This document shows, piece by piece, positions 8,913-17,488 of a DNA stretch of 29,606 bases (position 1 is its first letter; every line of letters starts with the position of its first letter). A program made the translations under genes and the position numbers. The DNA lies in IMG/VR virus record IMGVR_UViG_3300042323_000063, positions 1 through 29,606 of that record; one strand, given 5' to 3'. The DNA comes from a virus (Duplodnaviria; Caudoviricetes). The notes under the pieces are model-generated. The model saw only the letters and a list, made by a program, of their open reading frames with translations, searched no databases and was not told where the DNA came from.

Positions 8913-9796
8913 TATCGAACCCTGCGGTACTTGTCAATCATGTCAAGCGCAAGTTTAATCTCTGATGAATAGCGCATGTCGCCTGAGATGTTAGATGTAG
9001 GCGCGGTTGTAATGTTCATAGTCATAGAACCATCGCCGCGAGTCTTTAGGAAGGCTGTGGTTAGCAAAATACACGCTTGCTTAAGGGCTGTTGGCAGATT
9101 TCCCGTTGCAACAGCCGCATGGCTAAATACAAGGGCAGAAGTAAGCGGTACGGTTGTTGAGCCGTAGGTATAGGTGCTAGCAACGGTTACACGCTCTGTA
9201 GAAGCCCCATCATAAATAGTAAGGGTTGCACCTGCCAAAATACCTACACCGCTCTGTACGGTCATGCTAGTAGCCCCTGCGGTACCTGTAGAAATAGTGT
9301 TCACAAAGCCTGAAACATAAGTGTATTTGCAGAACATTTGTATGTAAGGAGAAGCAGAAGCCGCGCCAAAAGATAATGGACCCTGTGATGAGTAGTTAAG
9401 GGTATTGCCCGCTAACGGAATAATAATTTGTTGGTTCTCAAACCAAACCTGTGAGCAATCATTTAGGGTACTAAGCATTAAAGGGCTTGCGCCGTACTGA
9501 AAAGACTCTAAAGCAATTACAGGACTGTTATAAGGGTGTAAAGCAATCCAGCCTTGACCTGTTACGCGAGCGCGTTGGGTTTCTGTAATTTGGTCAGCAA
9601 TTAGGTTTTGATTTAGATACTCGTTCATAAATGACGAGGCTCGCATAATAACGCGGGCTAATTCAGCATCTTGCGCGTTACCGTTTCCGCCAATTACAAG
9701 GTTGTCGTAGTCAATAGAGGTCGGGGCGTTCTTATACTCAGCGATAGTTAAATAAGCATTCTCAGTAAAAGTATCGTAAGTAGTACCCGTAGTCAT
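8912..9796 (-). CDS. Head-tail adaptor (gp6/gp15-like) with beta-rich insertion
   Basis: YLTIAEYK...ASSFMNEYLN N-terminus, YTYVSGF, LPTALKQACILL, and a C-terminal MIDKYRRVR; position after the capsid gene. Confidence 0.7.
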   Translation of the reverse strand: MTTGTTYDTFTENAYLTIAEYKNAPTSIDYDNLVIGGNGNAQDAELARVIMRASSFMNEYLNQNLIADQITETQRARVTGQGWIALHPYNSPVIALESFQYGASPLMLSTLNDCSQVWFENQQIIIPLAGNTLNYSSQGPLSFGAASASPYIQMFCKYTYVSGFVNTISTGTAGATSMTVQSGVGILAGATLTIYDGASTERVTVASTYTYGSTTVPLTSALVFSHAAVATGNLPTALKQACILLTTAFLKTRGDGSMTMNITTAPTSNISGDMRYSSEIKLALDMIDKYRRVR

Positions 9797-9799
9797 TGA

Positions 9800-10075
9800 C
9801 TATTCCCCGTCTCTAGCAGGTGTTCCGTTCTCATGCCCGCAACGCGAGCATTTTCTGAACCAACTTCCAAAGCCACATTCTACGCAAGTAAAGCCGCGTG
9901 TGCTGTCTCCTTTAGAAATAGGATTAAGCGACGCTTCAAAAAATCCTTCAGACTTCATAGCCCTAATGTGCGAAGGGTTACTCACTTCGTACACACCTTG
10001 ACGATTAACTGTATAAGTTTTATTGCCTATTTCTGTTTGTCTAACGCCCCTATCCGGAGCCACAATCTTTGTCAT
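9800..10075 (-). CDS. Zn-ribbon hypothetical protein
   Basis: C-terminal CVECGFGSWFRKCSRCG; AAAGGA RBS upstream. Confidence 0.7.
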   Translation of the reverse strand: MTKIVAPDRGVRQTEIGNKTYTVNRQGVYEVSNPSHIRAMKSEGFFEASLNPISKGDSTRGFTCVECGFGSWFRKCSRCGHENGTPARDGE

Positions 10076-10094
10076 CTGCCATTCCTTTGTTAAG

Positions 10095-10130
10095 CAGAAG
10101 GGGTGCGGGTTTTACGCCGCACCCCCTCTG
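10095..10130 (-). terminator. GC-rich hairpin downstream of the capsid gene and microprotein
   Basis: Minus strand CAGAGGGGGTGCGG-CGTAAAAC-CCGCACCCCTTCTG. The U tract is weak, so termination may be partial. Confidence 0.6.
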
Positions 10131-10136
10131 TCGCCT

Positions 10137-10253
10137 TTAATTAGGTGTAACAATAACCGCTGTCGTCATGTTTGATGTAGTGCCATCAGGTAAAACCGTC
10201 TGACCGCCACCATGACTATTTGCAGGTTGGTTACATCCACACTCTAAACACAT
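10137..10253 (-). CDS. 38-aa microprotein with N-terminal CxxCGC
   Basis: ATG overlaps the capsid stop (TAATG); MCLECGCNQPANSHGGGQTVLPDGTTSNMTTAVIVTPN; ends just before the hairpin. Confidence 0.6.
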   Translation of the reverse strand: MCLECGCNQPANSHGGGQTVLPDGTTSNMTTAVIVTPN

Positions 10254-11962
10254 TAAGCAGAAACAATTCCTGAAACTGCGCCGTTCCATGCAGGAGCGGT
10301 ACAGAAGAATGTTCCACGGAAGTATGTAGAGAACTCGTACTGGAACTGAGTCACAGGCCATTGAATACCCATGTAATCCTGAACCAAGAAGTTCGCCCAA
10401 ACATCAGAAACCTCTGTGTCAGGGATTGGAAGTGTGAATGAAAGAACAGGTGCTACGCCCGGGTTTAGCCAAGGGTGAACCATAAGGTCTAGTGCTTTAC
10501 CTGTTACTTCGTTCTGAAGACCAGTAACAACAGAACCGTATGTAGTTCCGCCGCTTCCCGGATTCTCAATCATCAAACGGTAGTTCGCTGTTGAGCCTGA
10601 TTTAATTGCGTCTGACAACTGCTTACGGTCATTACCGTTTAGCAATACGACATCCGGGTCAGCCTTTACTGATTGGTACAACTCAGCGAATACTGTTTGG
10701 AACTCTGCACCCGGGTTAGAGGTAGAGAAGTTTCCGTTAATTGCGTTGTTGTAACCTGTGTTTGGTCCAAGAACAGTAGGCAAGATTCCGTCATAACCAG
10801 TTGAGTAAGCAGATGTATCTGATGATGCGCGTGATGCGGCTGCTCCTGTTGTGTTTAATGCGGCGTTGTTACCGTATAGACCCTGTGTTCCTGCACCCTG
10901 AATTGTGAATGTACCAGTTCCCTTTAGAGTTCCCTGATACTTCAAGTTTGCTGCGCCTGTTGCTGTTCCAACATAAATGTTGTAACCAAGTGCGCCTGTT
11001 ACAGGTGTTGAAACTGTTACTGTCAAAACATCGCCTGAAGCAACGGCTGTTGAAGCCTCTGTTCCAAGGATTGACTCACCGAAGCCGTTTACAGAAATAC
11101 CTGCATCTGTTGTTACGTTTACATAGTATGTAGCGGCTGCGACTGCTGTCTGTCCTGCTCCTGCTACTGGAGAAGCAAGTGCGAATGTAGGTGCTGAAAG
11201 TGCGCCTGAGTATCCGCTTGCTGTTCCGCGAGCCATAAGCATCATGCGTTCTTCCATCAACATTGTTGCATAAAGTGTTGATGTTGATGACAACTGACGC
11301 AAATCTTGGTATCCAAGACCTGAGAAGTTAGCATCAAAAGAAACTGCATCAGATAGTGAGTATGAGTTGTACGGCAAGACTAGGTCGTCCGCTGTGTACG
11401 CAATCTGTGGTCCACGCTCAAAGTTAATTGAACCGAACGCGGTAGTTGTAGATTGTGTAACACCAGGCCAAATCTGACCTTGTCCACCTGTACCTGTACC
11501 TGTGTAACCTGTGATGCGCTTTACGCGGTGTGAAGTACCGACACCCTTCTTACGAGGAATGCGGTTACGCAAAGGTGTTGGACGAGGTGTAAGCATCTTT
11601 GCAGGTGCTTCCAAGTCAAACGCCGCGAATGATGTTGAAAGAGGTACTGTAGTTGTAATTTCCTTCTGAATGTCCTGCATAGCCAAACGCTGTGATGCAA
11701 GTGCGTTCTGTAGGCTTGATGCGGCTTCAGGAGAAAGTGACTTATTAACTGCAAGTGACTCTAGAAGTGCTACTGAATTACCTGATGCCTGAGCAAAGGT
11801 AGACATGCCACTCTTAATAGCCATAATTGAAGATGGGTCTGATACTGCATTACCCATCGAAGCCATAACGGCTGAATCAAATTCTTCCTTTGCGATTGCT
11901 GCTGATTTAGCAGAATCCGCATCAGAGAACATGTCAGCGGCGCGAGGTGCTTCAAATGCCAT
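10253..11962 (-). CDS. Major capsid protein with internal Ig/FN3-like insert
   Basis: Follows the protease-scaffold with a strong GAAAGGA RBS; DLEAPAK.L.P..TPLRNRIPR, EERMML, YDGIL, PDVVLLNG and VHPWLNPG motifs. Confidence 0.85.
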   Translation of the reverse strand: MAFEAPRAADMFSDADSAKSAAIAKEEFDSAVMASMGNAVSDPSSIMAIKSGMSTFAQASGNSVALLESLAVNKSLSPEAASSLQNALASQRLAMQDIQKEITTTVPLSTSFAAFDLEAPAKMLTPRPTPLRNRIPRKKGVGTSHRVKRITGYTGTGTGGQGQIWPGVTQSTTTAFGSINFERGPQIAYTADDLVLPYNSYSLSDAVSFDANFSGLGYQDLRQLSSTSTLYATMLMEERMMLMARGTASGYSGALSAPTFALASPVAGAGQTAVAAATYYVNVTTDAGISVNGFGESILGTEASTAVASGDVLTVTVSTPVTGALGYNIYVGTATGAANLKYQGTLKGTGTFTIQGAGTQGLYGNNAALNTTGAAASRASSDTSAYSTGYDGILPTVLGPNTGYNNAINGNFSTSNPGAEFQTVFAELYQSVKADPDVVLLNGNDRKQLSDAIKSGSTANYRLMIENPGSGGTTYGSVVTGLQNEVTGKALDLMVHPWLNPGVAPVLSFTLPIPDTEVSDVWANFLVQDYMGIQWPVTQFQYEFSTYFRGTFFCTAPAWNGAVSGIVSA

Positions 11963-11979
11963 TGGTTTGTTCCTTTCGG

Positions 11980-13620
11980 TTATTTGGTTTCGGCTTCAAA
12001 CTTCTGCATGAACTCGTCATGTAGAGCCTTGTAGCCTTTAACTAGGGTTGGGTCTGTTGCGGCGTTCATCTTTGCTTTATAGACAAGCGCCTTGGTGAGT
12101 AAGTCATTTGTAGTGCTATCAACAGGCTTAATAGTCCGCTTAGGACCACCGCCAATTGCTAGTGACTTAGCCGTTGCCAACTCTGATTCCAAAGTCGCCG
12201 CTTTCTCTAGTGCCGCCTCTTTTGCGGATACTAGTTCTGCGACCTCTGACCTAATGGACTCGGTTGCACTCTTTACAGCCTTTTCTACAATTGCTTCAAC
12301 ATCTGATTCAGCGATTGCTGGCTCAGAATCCTTTTCTTCTGTAACTTCTTCAGTTACTTCTTCTTCGGCAACTTCTTCTGAATCAACGGATTTCTCCGCG
12401 CCAAAATACTTATCGCACATGCCTTTAATTGCATCATCTTCCATGCCAGCCTCTTTGCAACGCTTCATGTAATCTTTTTGCGTTTCATCTTTCTTTGGCT
12501 TTAACATGGCTTTATCGTGATGCATTTTTTCCTCTGTGTCATGAGATGCTTTTTCTTCATCAGCCTCAACAGACATTTCTACAACTTCGTCCATAACTTC
12601 TCCCTCTGATTCTTCACCTTCATACCAAGAATAAAGGTGTGCGACTGCTTGTAAAAGGTGAGAGATTGAGTTAAGTTCGTTATGTCCTTCTTTCATCTCT
12701 CCTGCTTCAACAGTAATAAGGTTAGCCAAAGCATCGCGAGCGGCTTCGTACTGCGCCTTATCAAACTTTAACAGTTCGCTCATGATTGTCTTAGGTACTA
12801 TTACTGCATCTGCAAACTTATCTTTCTTAGGCTTGTATTTGCCCCCGCGCTTTTTGTATTCGTTTGTAACCCAAGCATTAGCAACGGCAGATGGGTAAAC
12901 ATCAAATTTTTTCTTTGCTTCGCTAATTAAACGATTGTAAAGTTCTCTATTAGCGGGTTCTGAACGGCTACCGCCTTGAATCATGCCCTCATAATCAGGC
13001 TTCTTTTCTTTTTTCTCAAGGACTTCTTCTGTTGGAATGTCCTGTGTTGCGGCGATGTCTTCTGTAACTTCTTCTGCTACTTCTTCAATAATTTCTGTTA
13101 CTTCAGGAGCAGTCTCATCTGATTTCTCAATAAGTTCTTCCACTTTCCACACTCCTGATTCTCCAGCAACGCTCTTAGCCAATACTAATTGACAATTAGG
13201 ATTTGCGGGGCGGTCTACAAGAGAGACTTCCACAATCTGTCCGTCAATAATACGCCCATTAGCCGCCTTTGTGTCGCGAACTACGCGTGGAGATTTGATA
13301 CCAATACTAAAACCTTTAAGCACTCCGTTGTCTACCTTCTTAACGGATACAGGGTCTACGACTAGGGCATGAATGTAATGTCCGTCTGCCTTCTTTTCGT
13401 ACTCTTTAGCAACGCCCGCCGCGATGTTTGAATGTTGCTCGCGGATGTTTCCGCCTGTCTTAAACCATTCCGGCATAGCAGAATCTAACCAAGTAGGGTC
13501 GCAAATCTGTTGGTCAATGTCTAATGAGTCATCAGTAGCCTTGCCGTACACCATAAGCGTTCCGTCAGCGTTTTTATCCGCTTTAGTAATCTCAAAATAC
13601 GCTGTTGTTAAGTCGCTCAT
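11980..13620 (-). CDS. Prohead protease fused to scaffolding region
   Basis: HK97-type protease motifs VYGKAT..SLD.D.Q, GNIREQH, KGFSIG and EVSLVDRPANP, followed by an acidic coiled-coil C-terminus. Confidence 0.88.
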   Translation of the reverse strand: MSDLTTAYFEITKADKNADGTLMVYGKATDDSLDIDQQICDPTWLDSAMPEWFKTGGNIREQHSNIAAGVAKEYEKKADGHYIHALVVDPVSVKKVDNGVLKGFSIGIKSPRVVRDTKAANGRIIDGQIVEVSLVDRPANPNCQLVLAKSVAGESGVWKVEELIEKSDETAPEVTEIIEEVAEEVTEDIAATQDIPTEEVLEKKEKKPDYEGMIQGGSRSEPANRELYNRLISEAKKKFDVYPSAVANAWVTNEYKKRGGKYKPKKDKFADAVIVPKTIMSELLKFDKAQYEAARDALANLITVEAGEMKEGHNELNSISHLLQAVAHLYSWYEGEESEGEVMDEVVEMSVEADEEKASHDTEEKMHHDKAMLKPKKDETQKDYMKRCKEAGMEDDAIKGMCDKYFGAEKSVDSEEVAEEEVTEEVTEEKDSEPAIAESDVEAIVEKAVKSATESIRSEVAELVSAKEAALEKAATLESELATAKSLAIGGGPKRTIKPVDSTTNDLLTKALVYKAKMNAATDPTLVKGYKALHDEFMQKFEAETK

Positions 13621-13637
13621 TATGTCTCCTTATTTTA

Positions 13638-13919
13638 TTATGCTGAGTAAGTAATTACTACTGCACCTGCGGCAGAAGCGGCTGCTGAAATTGCATAAAC
13701 AACATCGTGTGCGTTTACATAAAATGTCTGTGAACTAGCGGCAGGGATTGTGCGCCCAATAGTTGCTCCGGATGTTGCAATCGTTGCATCTCCTACAAAG
13801 ATAGCCGCGCTGTGACCGTTGTAAATTGTAATAGGTGTTAAAGGCTTAGCATTCTTGTCTACTGTAAATAATGCTGAAGGTGTAGTAAGAGTCTGACTGT
13901 TAATGTGCTTAAATGCCAT
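13638..13919 (-). CDS. Small beta-sandwich virion protein (possible capsid decoration)
   Basis: 93 aa Ala/Thr-rich with an I.N....IFVG...G..I...VYAI pattern; located in the head module. Confidence 0.55.
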   Translation of the reverse strand: MAFKHINSQTLTTPSALFTVDKNAKPLTPITIYNGHSAAIFVGDATIATSGATIGRTIPAASSQTFYVNAHDVVYAISAAASAAGAVVITYSA

Positions 13920-13920
13920 G

Positions 13921-14055
13921 TTAATTTTCCCATTCTATGACGACACCCTCAAGGGCTTGCTCTAAGGTAGGCATTACTTTATCAGGTTCAGTTGCCGGAA
14001 CGCCGTTAATTGTAATGCCTTCTAAATCATCTGCCGAATAGCCGAATTTACCCAT
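13921..14055 (-). CDS. 44-aa acidic microprotein (candidate ART partner/immunity; not in track)
   Basis: MGKFGYSADDLEGITINGVPATEPDKVMPTLEQALEGVVIEWEN; start overlaps the MuF-ART 3' end, and the ORF fills the gap to the next gene. Confidence 0.65.
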   Translation of the reverse strand: MGKFGYSADDLEGITINGVPATEPDKVMPTLEQALEGVVIEWEN

Positions 14056-15586
14056 TTATTAGTACCACCCTTATTTTGTTGCCGACCTTAGAAATGACCT
14101 GAAATGTAGAACCAGCGTTAATAATAACCTCTTGCTCTTGCCGCATGGTTCCAGTAACCATGTTTCTGTTCTCCAAATTGGCTAACGGGGAAACCACCCG
14201 ATTTCCGGAAGGGATAACAATCTCCATAAGAGTAACATCGCCGCCGAAATCTTGGAAAGCAACAGACCTATCTAATGTAGTAGACACAAAACCTTTGTCT
14301 TTAATCTTGTCACCTATTTTTAAGCCTTCAAGCATGTCACCAAAATCAACATCGCTTACCCCTCGGAAAACTAATAAATCATCAGTAGTAGGCGATGCTT
14401 TAGCAAAAACTTCCTCTAAATCAGTAATTAAACTTTTAACTTCATCAACATAGGCTTGCCCTCGGTTTATAGGCAATTTACCTGTACGCAAGTAACCGTT
14501 CATTGGCAAATACCCGCTCTTTGTATAAGTGACAACCGTTTCAGCCTGTTGAACGCTCATAGGTACTTTAGGGAAAATTTGCGTTACATTTTTCTTAGTT
14601 TCTTCAAGAAGGTCATAAGATTGGCGTTTAGGTTTAGGTGTCTCAACAGGTGTTTGTGGCTTAGGCTTAATTGGATAGCGTTCAAGCATTTCTTTAGTAG
14701 GTCTATTAGGCTTAGGTTTTGGTTTAGGCACAACAACATCAGGATTAGTAGGCGGCAAAATAACATTACCTTGATTATCAGCAATGTCATTGTAATCAGG
14801 AATTACAGGGCGTAAATTACAACGACAATGCGGATGTGCGGGCGGGCGCGCATTACCTGAGGGGAAAGGTTCTCCAATTTGGCGGTTTAACCCGTCATTC
14901 TGAGCGCATTTCTCACAGGCTACGGAAGTACCGCCGCCCATTACAGCCATCCATTTTACGGTGTTAATACCTGCTTCTCGGTATCTTGCGGTAGCGGCTA
15001 CATTCATAACGCGACTAGATTCCGTAACAGCAATAGTCAAAGCGCGGGCGGGGCTACCAACTACATCTTCTATTAACTTAGCGGCTTTGCGTGGTGAGTA
15101 TCCAGCACGAATAGAGTCAGCAAGTGCTCTGCCAATTAATTCGTAGCCTGTTTTATCTAACCCTGCAATAGTTGAGCCTGTGTTTTCTACAATAGCCTTA
15201 AATGCTGTTTTAGGTTTTAAGATAAGCGCGCTTGCTTTGTCGCCGGGTTGCCATTTAGACCAGTCAATAACCCCGATGTCGTCAGCCTTTTTGAGTTCGC
15301 GTTCCTCATAGATAGCCTCGTCTGCCGCGGCTTCACCTGTAACATAAGCCTCAGCAAATAAACGGATTAAAGCAGTACGCAAGGCTTCGTTAACAAAACG
15401 GACATTCATGATTGCCCAAGCATGCGCTCGCGCTCTGTCCTGAGCGTTGTTATCAGAAACAGCGGGGGAAGTGGCTTGGTACATCTCATACACTTGTCTT
15501 GCGTCAATAGATTGCCGTAAAGCCGCCCTTATCTTGACTGCATTCTTAGCGGAGATGCGCCCATCAACCTGATGCGCGCCCCACAT
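14048..15586 (-). CDS. MuF/SPP1 gp7-like head morphogenesis protein fused to an R-S-E ADP-ribosyltransferase
   Basis: RALTIAVTESSR, KW...CEKC..NDG, FPSG..RPPAHPHCRC (MuF); Pro/Lys linker; YT..GY..MNGYLR, VFRG, GFVSTT and QEQEVII (VIP2/C3-like ART). Confidence 0.88.
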   Translation of the reverse strand: MWGAHQVDGRISAKNAVKIRAALRQSIDARQVYEMYQATSPAVSDNNAQDRARAHAWAIMNVRFVNEALRTALIRLFAEAYVTGEAAADEAIYEERELKKADDIGVIDWSKWQPGDKASALILKPKTAFKAIVENTGSTIAGLDKTGYELIGRALADSIRAGYSPRKAAKLIEDVVGSPARALTIAVTESSRVMNVAATARYREAGINTVKWMAVMGGGTSVACEKCAQNDGLNRQIGEPFPSGNARPPAHPHCRCNLRPVIPDYNDIADNQGNVILPPTNPDVVVPKPKPKPNRPTKEMLERYPIKPKPQTPVETPKPKRQSYDLLEETKKNVTQIFPKVPMSVQQAETVVTYTKSGYLPMNGYLRTGKLPINRGQAYVDEVKSLITDLEEVFAKASPTTDDLLVFRGVSDVDFGDMLEGLKIGDKIKDKGFVSTTLDRSVAFQDFGGDVTLMEIVIPSGNRVVSPLANLENRNMVTGTMRQEQEVIINAGSTFQVISKVGNKIRVVLING

Positions 15587-17466
15587 TAGTCTAGGTAGGC
15601 TTTCGCTAACGCCCTTGCAGTTTCAAGGTCGCCGTCAAACGCGCAACGGTTTAATGCTTCTCCGACAATAGGGTCAAGTGACTTAAACTCAAAAAGTCTT
15701 GCGCGCTTACCCTTGCTAACCCACTTCATAAAGGCTTTAACCTCATCAGCGGTTTCTCTGTCCACTTCTTCTTGGATTTCTTCTTCTTCATCAGGCGTAG
15801 CCTCGCCCTGTGGCTTCGAATTAGCGGTGTTTGGGGTTGTAACCTCTTGGTTAGGAGTTTGTCCGTCTTGTGACAGCGTAGGGGCGGATACAAGGTGTGC
15901 TGCATCAATGATTCCGTCAGGACTAAACAAATACATACCTGCGCCCGCTACAAGAATAGGCATGTCTGCTTGAGGTGTATCTAGCAAAGGCAAACCTAGT
16001 TCTGAGCGGCGTTCGTTAATTGTTTTACCTGCTGAAGTTACTTCAATCTGTGATTTACGGGCATTAGCCTCATCATCAAGACGCTTTGATGTCATTAACT
16101 TAAACTCTAACTCGCGAGGCATACCAAGGTAAGCGTATGAGAGTTGCGTAATCATTTTGTTTAGCCAAAGCACTAAAGGCTGTACGCCTGTTGCATCTGC
16201 GCTTCCTGCCTTACCTGCTTCGTATCCTGCGCCGCCCAAACCACCCTTAGGGTCATAACCGATTTCAGTTGGTTGTACTCCGTAGTGACCACAAATGCTC
16301 TGAATAAGATACAGGTCAAGTGTGTCCTTAAACTTCTCGCCATACCCGTCTAGTTGGACAGGGTCCATACCAGCGGGCAAGAGACGAGAACGCTTACGCT
16401 GAGCAGTCTGACCAGCCATGTCATCATTAAAGATGTTTTCGTATGCAAGCAATAGGTCAGGGTTATTACCAAAAGATAGGTCAGTCTTAAACAATAGTTC
16501 CGGCGTTACGCCATCTGTGTATTCGGCGCGTAACCATTGTTGTCTGCGCAGGTAAATGTCTGCAAGTGGCAAGGCTCGTTCTGTTGGTGACATTCCGTAG
16601 ACCGAAATAGTGCGGCGGTTACGAACCATGTACGCCAAATCATCTGATGTAAATTCACCATCTGCTTTTGGGTCATCATTGTTAGCCGAGAACTCTGAGC
16701 GAGGGAAGCCGTAAAGGATTTGTTGGAAGGCAGGGGCAGGTGCCATAGGGCGCATACCGCGGTCATCAAGCAAAGGCTTAATAGTTGCACCATCAAGGAT
16801 TTGTAATCCAAATAAATCGCCGCCTACGGTCTTCTGAGGCCATACTGCCCAAGCGTCAATAACAAGGATTTCTTCTAACGCAACCATTAACCAGTCAGTA
16901 AAAGTTAAACCGTTTGATTTGTCAGGGTTTTCCCAAAATGAACGAACGCGGTCAATTTCATCATTAAACTTTTCGCGGGCTTGAGCCATAGCGCGAATGT
17001 GGTCAGCACCCGACTCTTTAGAAATCTTTTCTGAAGCGTCAGTACCTAAAACAATGTCCCACTCAAGACCAGTTACCTTGCCTTTAATAACCTCAATACA
17101 ACGGCGCAAGATGTCAATTTGGTCTGCGCTCGCACGAAGGGTCTTAAAAGGTACAAAGCGTGTTTCGGTAACATTAATGTTCTGAGCAACTTGGTATTCA
17201 TAACGGCGTGGGTCAGGGCGACCATCAGGACGAAGCGGGTTAATTGCTCCGGGTGTAATAGGGTTGCCGGGTCCAAATGGAACCATTGACAACCAAGGGT
17301 TGCGTGGCAAAGCCTCAGAGTTACCGTATGACTGTCCTAATGCACCTGCTTGGCGCATTTCTTGCTCAGTCATAGTAACTGCACCCGCTGGCAAGCCAAC
17401 AGAGCCTTTTTCTACATCAGCGTTAGTTCCTGCTATTGCCTTTGCGATACGGTCACGAAGACCCAT
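15586..17466 (-). CDS. Portal protein
   Basis: 626 aa; LQILDGATIKP, YGMSPTE, ICGHYGVQPTEIG and TINERRSELGLP motifs of HK97-like portals. Confidence 0.9.
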   Translation of the reverse strand: MGLRDRIAKAIAGTNADVEKGSVGLPAGAVTMTEQEMRQAGALGQSYGNSEALPRNPWLSMVPFGPGNPITPGAINPLRPDGRPDPRRYEYQVAQNINVTETRFVPFKTLRASADQIDILRRCIEVIKGKVTGLEWDIVLGTDASEKISKESGADHIRAMAQAREKFNDEIDRVRSFWENPDKSNGLTFTDWLMVALEEILVIDAWAVWPQKTVGGDLFGLQILDGATIKPLLDDRGMRPMAPAPAFQQILYGFPRSEFSANNDDPKADGEFTSDDLAYMVRNRRTISVYGMSPTERALPLADIYLRRQQWLRAEYTDGVTPELLFKTDLSFGNNPDLLLAYENIFNDDMAGQTAQRKRSRLLPAGMDPVQLDGYGEKFKDTLDLYLIQSICGHYGVQPTEIGYDPKGGLGGAGYEAGKAGSADATGVQPLVLWLNKMITQLSYAYLGMPRELEFKLMTSKRLDDEANARKSQIEVTSAGKTINERRSELGLPLLDTPQADMPILVAGAGMYLFSPDGIIDAAHLVSAPTLSQDGQTPNQEVTTPNTANSKPQGEATPDEEEEIQEEVDRETADEVKAFMKWVSKGKRARLFEFKSLDPIVGEALNRCAFDGDLETARALAKAYLD

Positions 17467-17488
17467 GTGTATCTCCCTTAGTTTAGGT

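Noticed and set aside
10137-10400. 87-aa track ORF overlapping the capsid 3' end, or a capsid frameshift extension
   Set aside because: The upstream part overlaps capsid coding sequence with no RBS, and I saw no clear slippery heptamer. The TAATG-coupled 38-aa version is more parsimonious.
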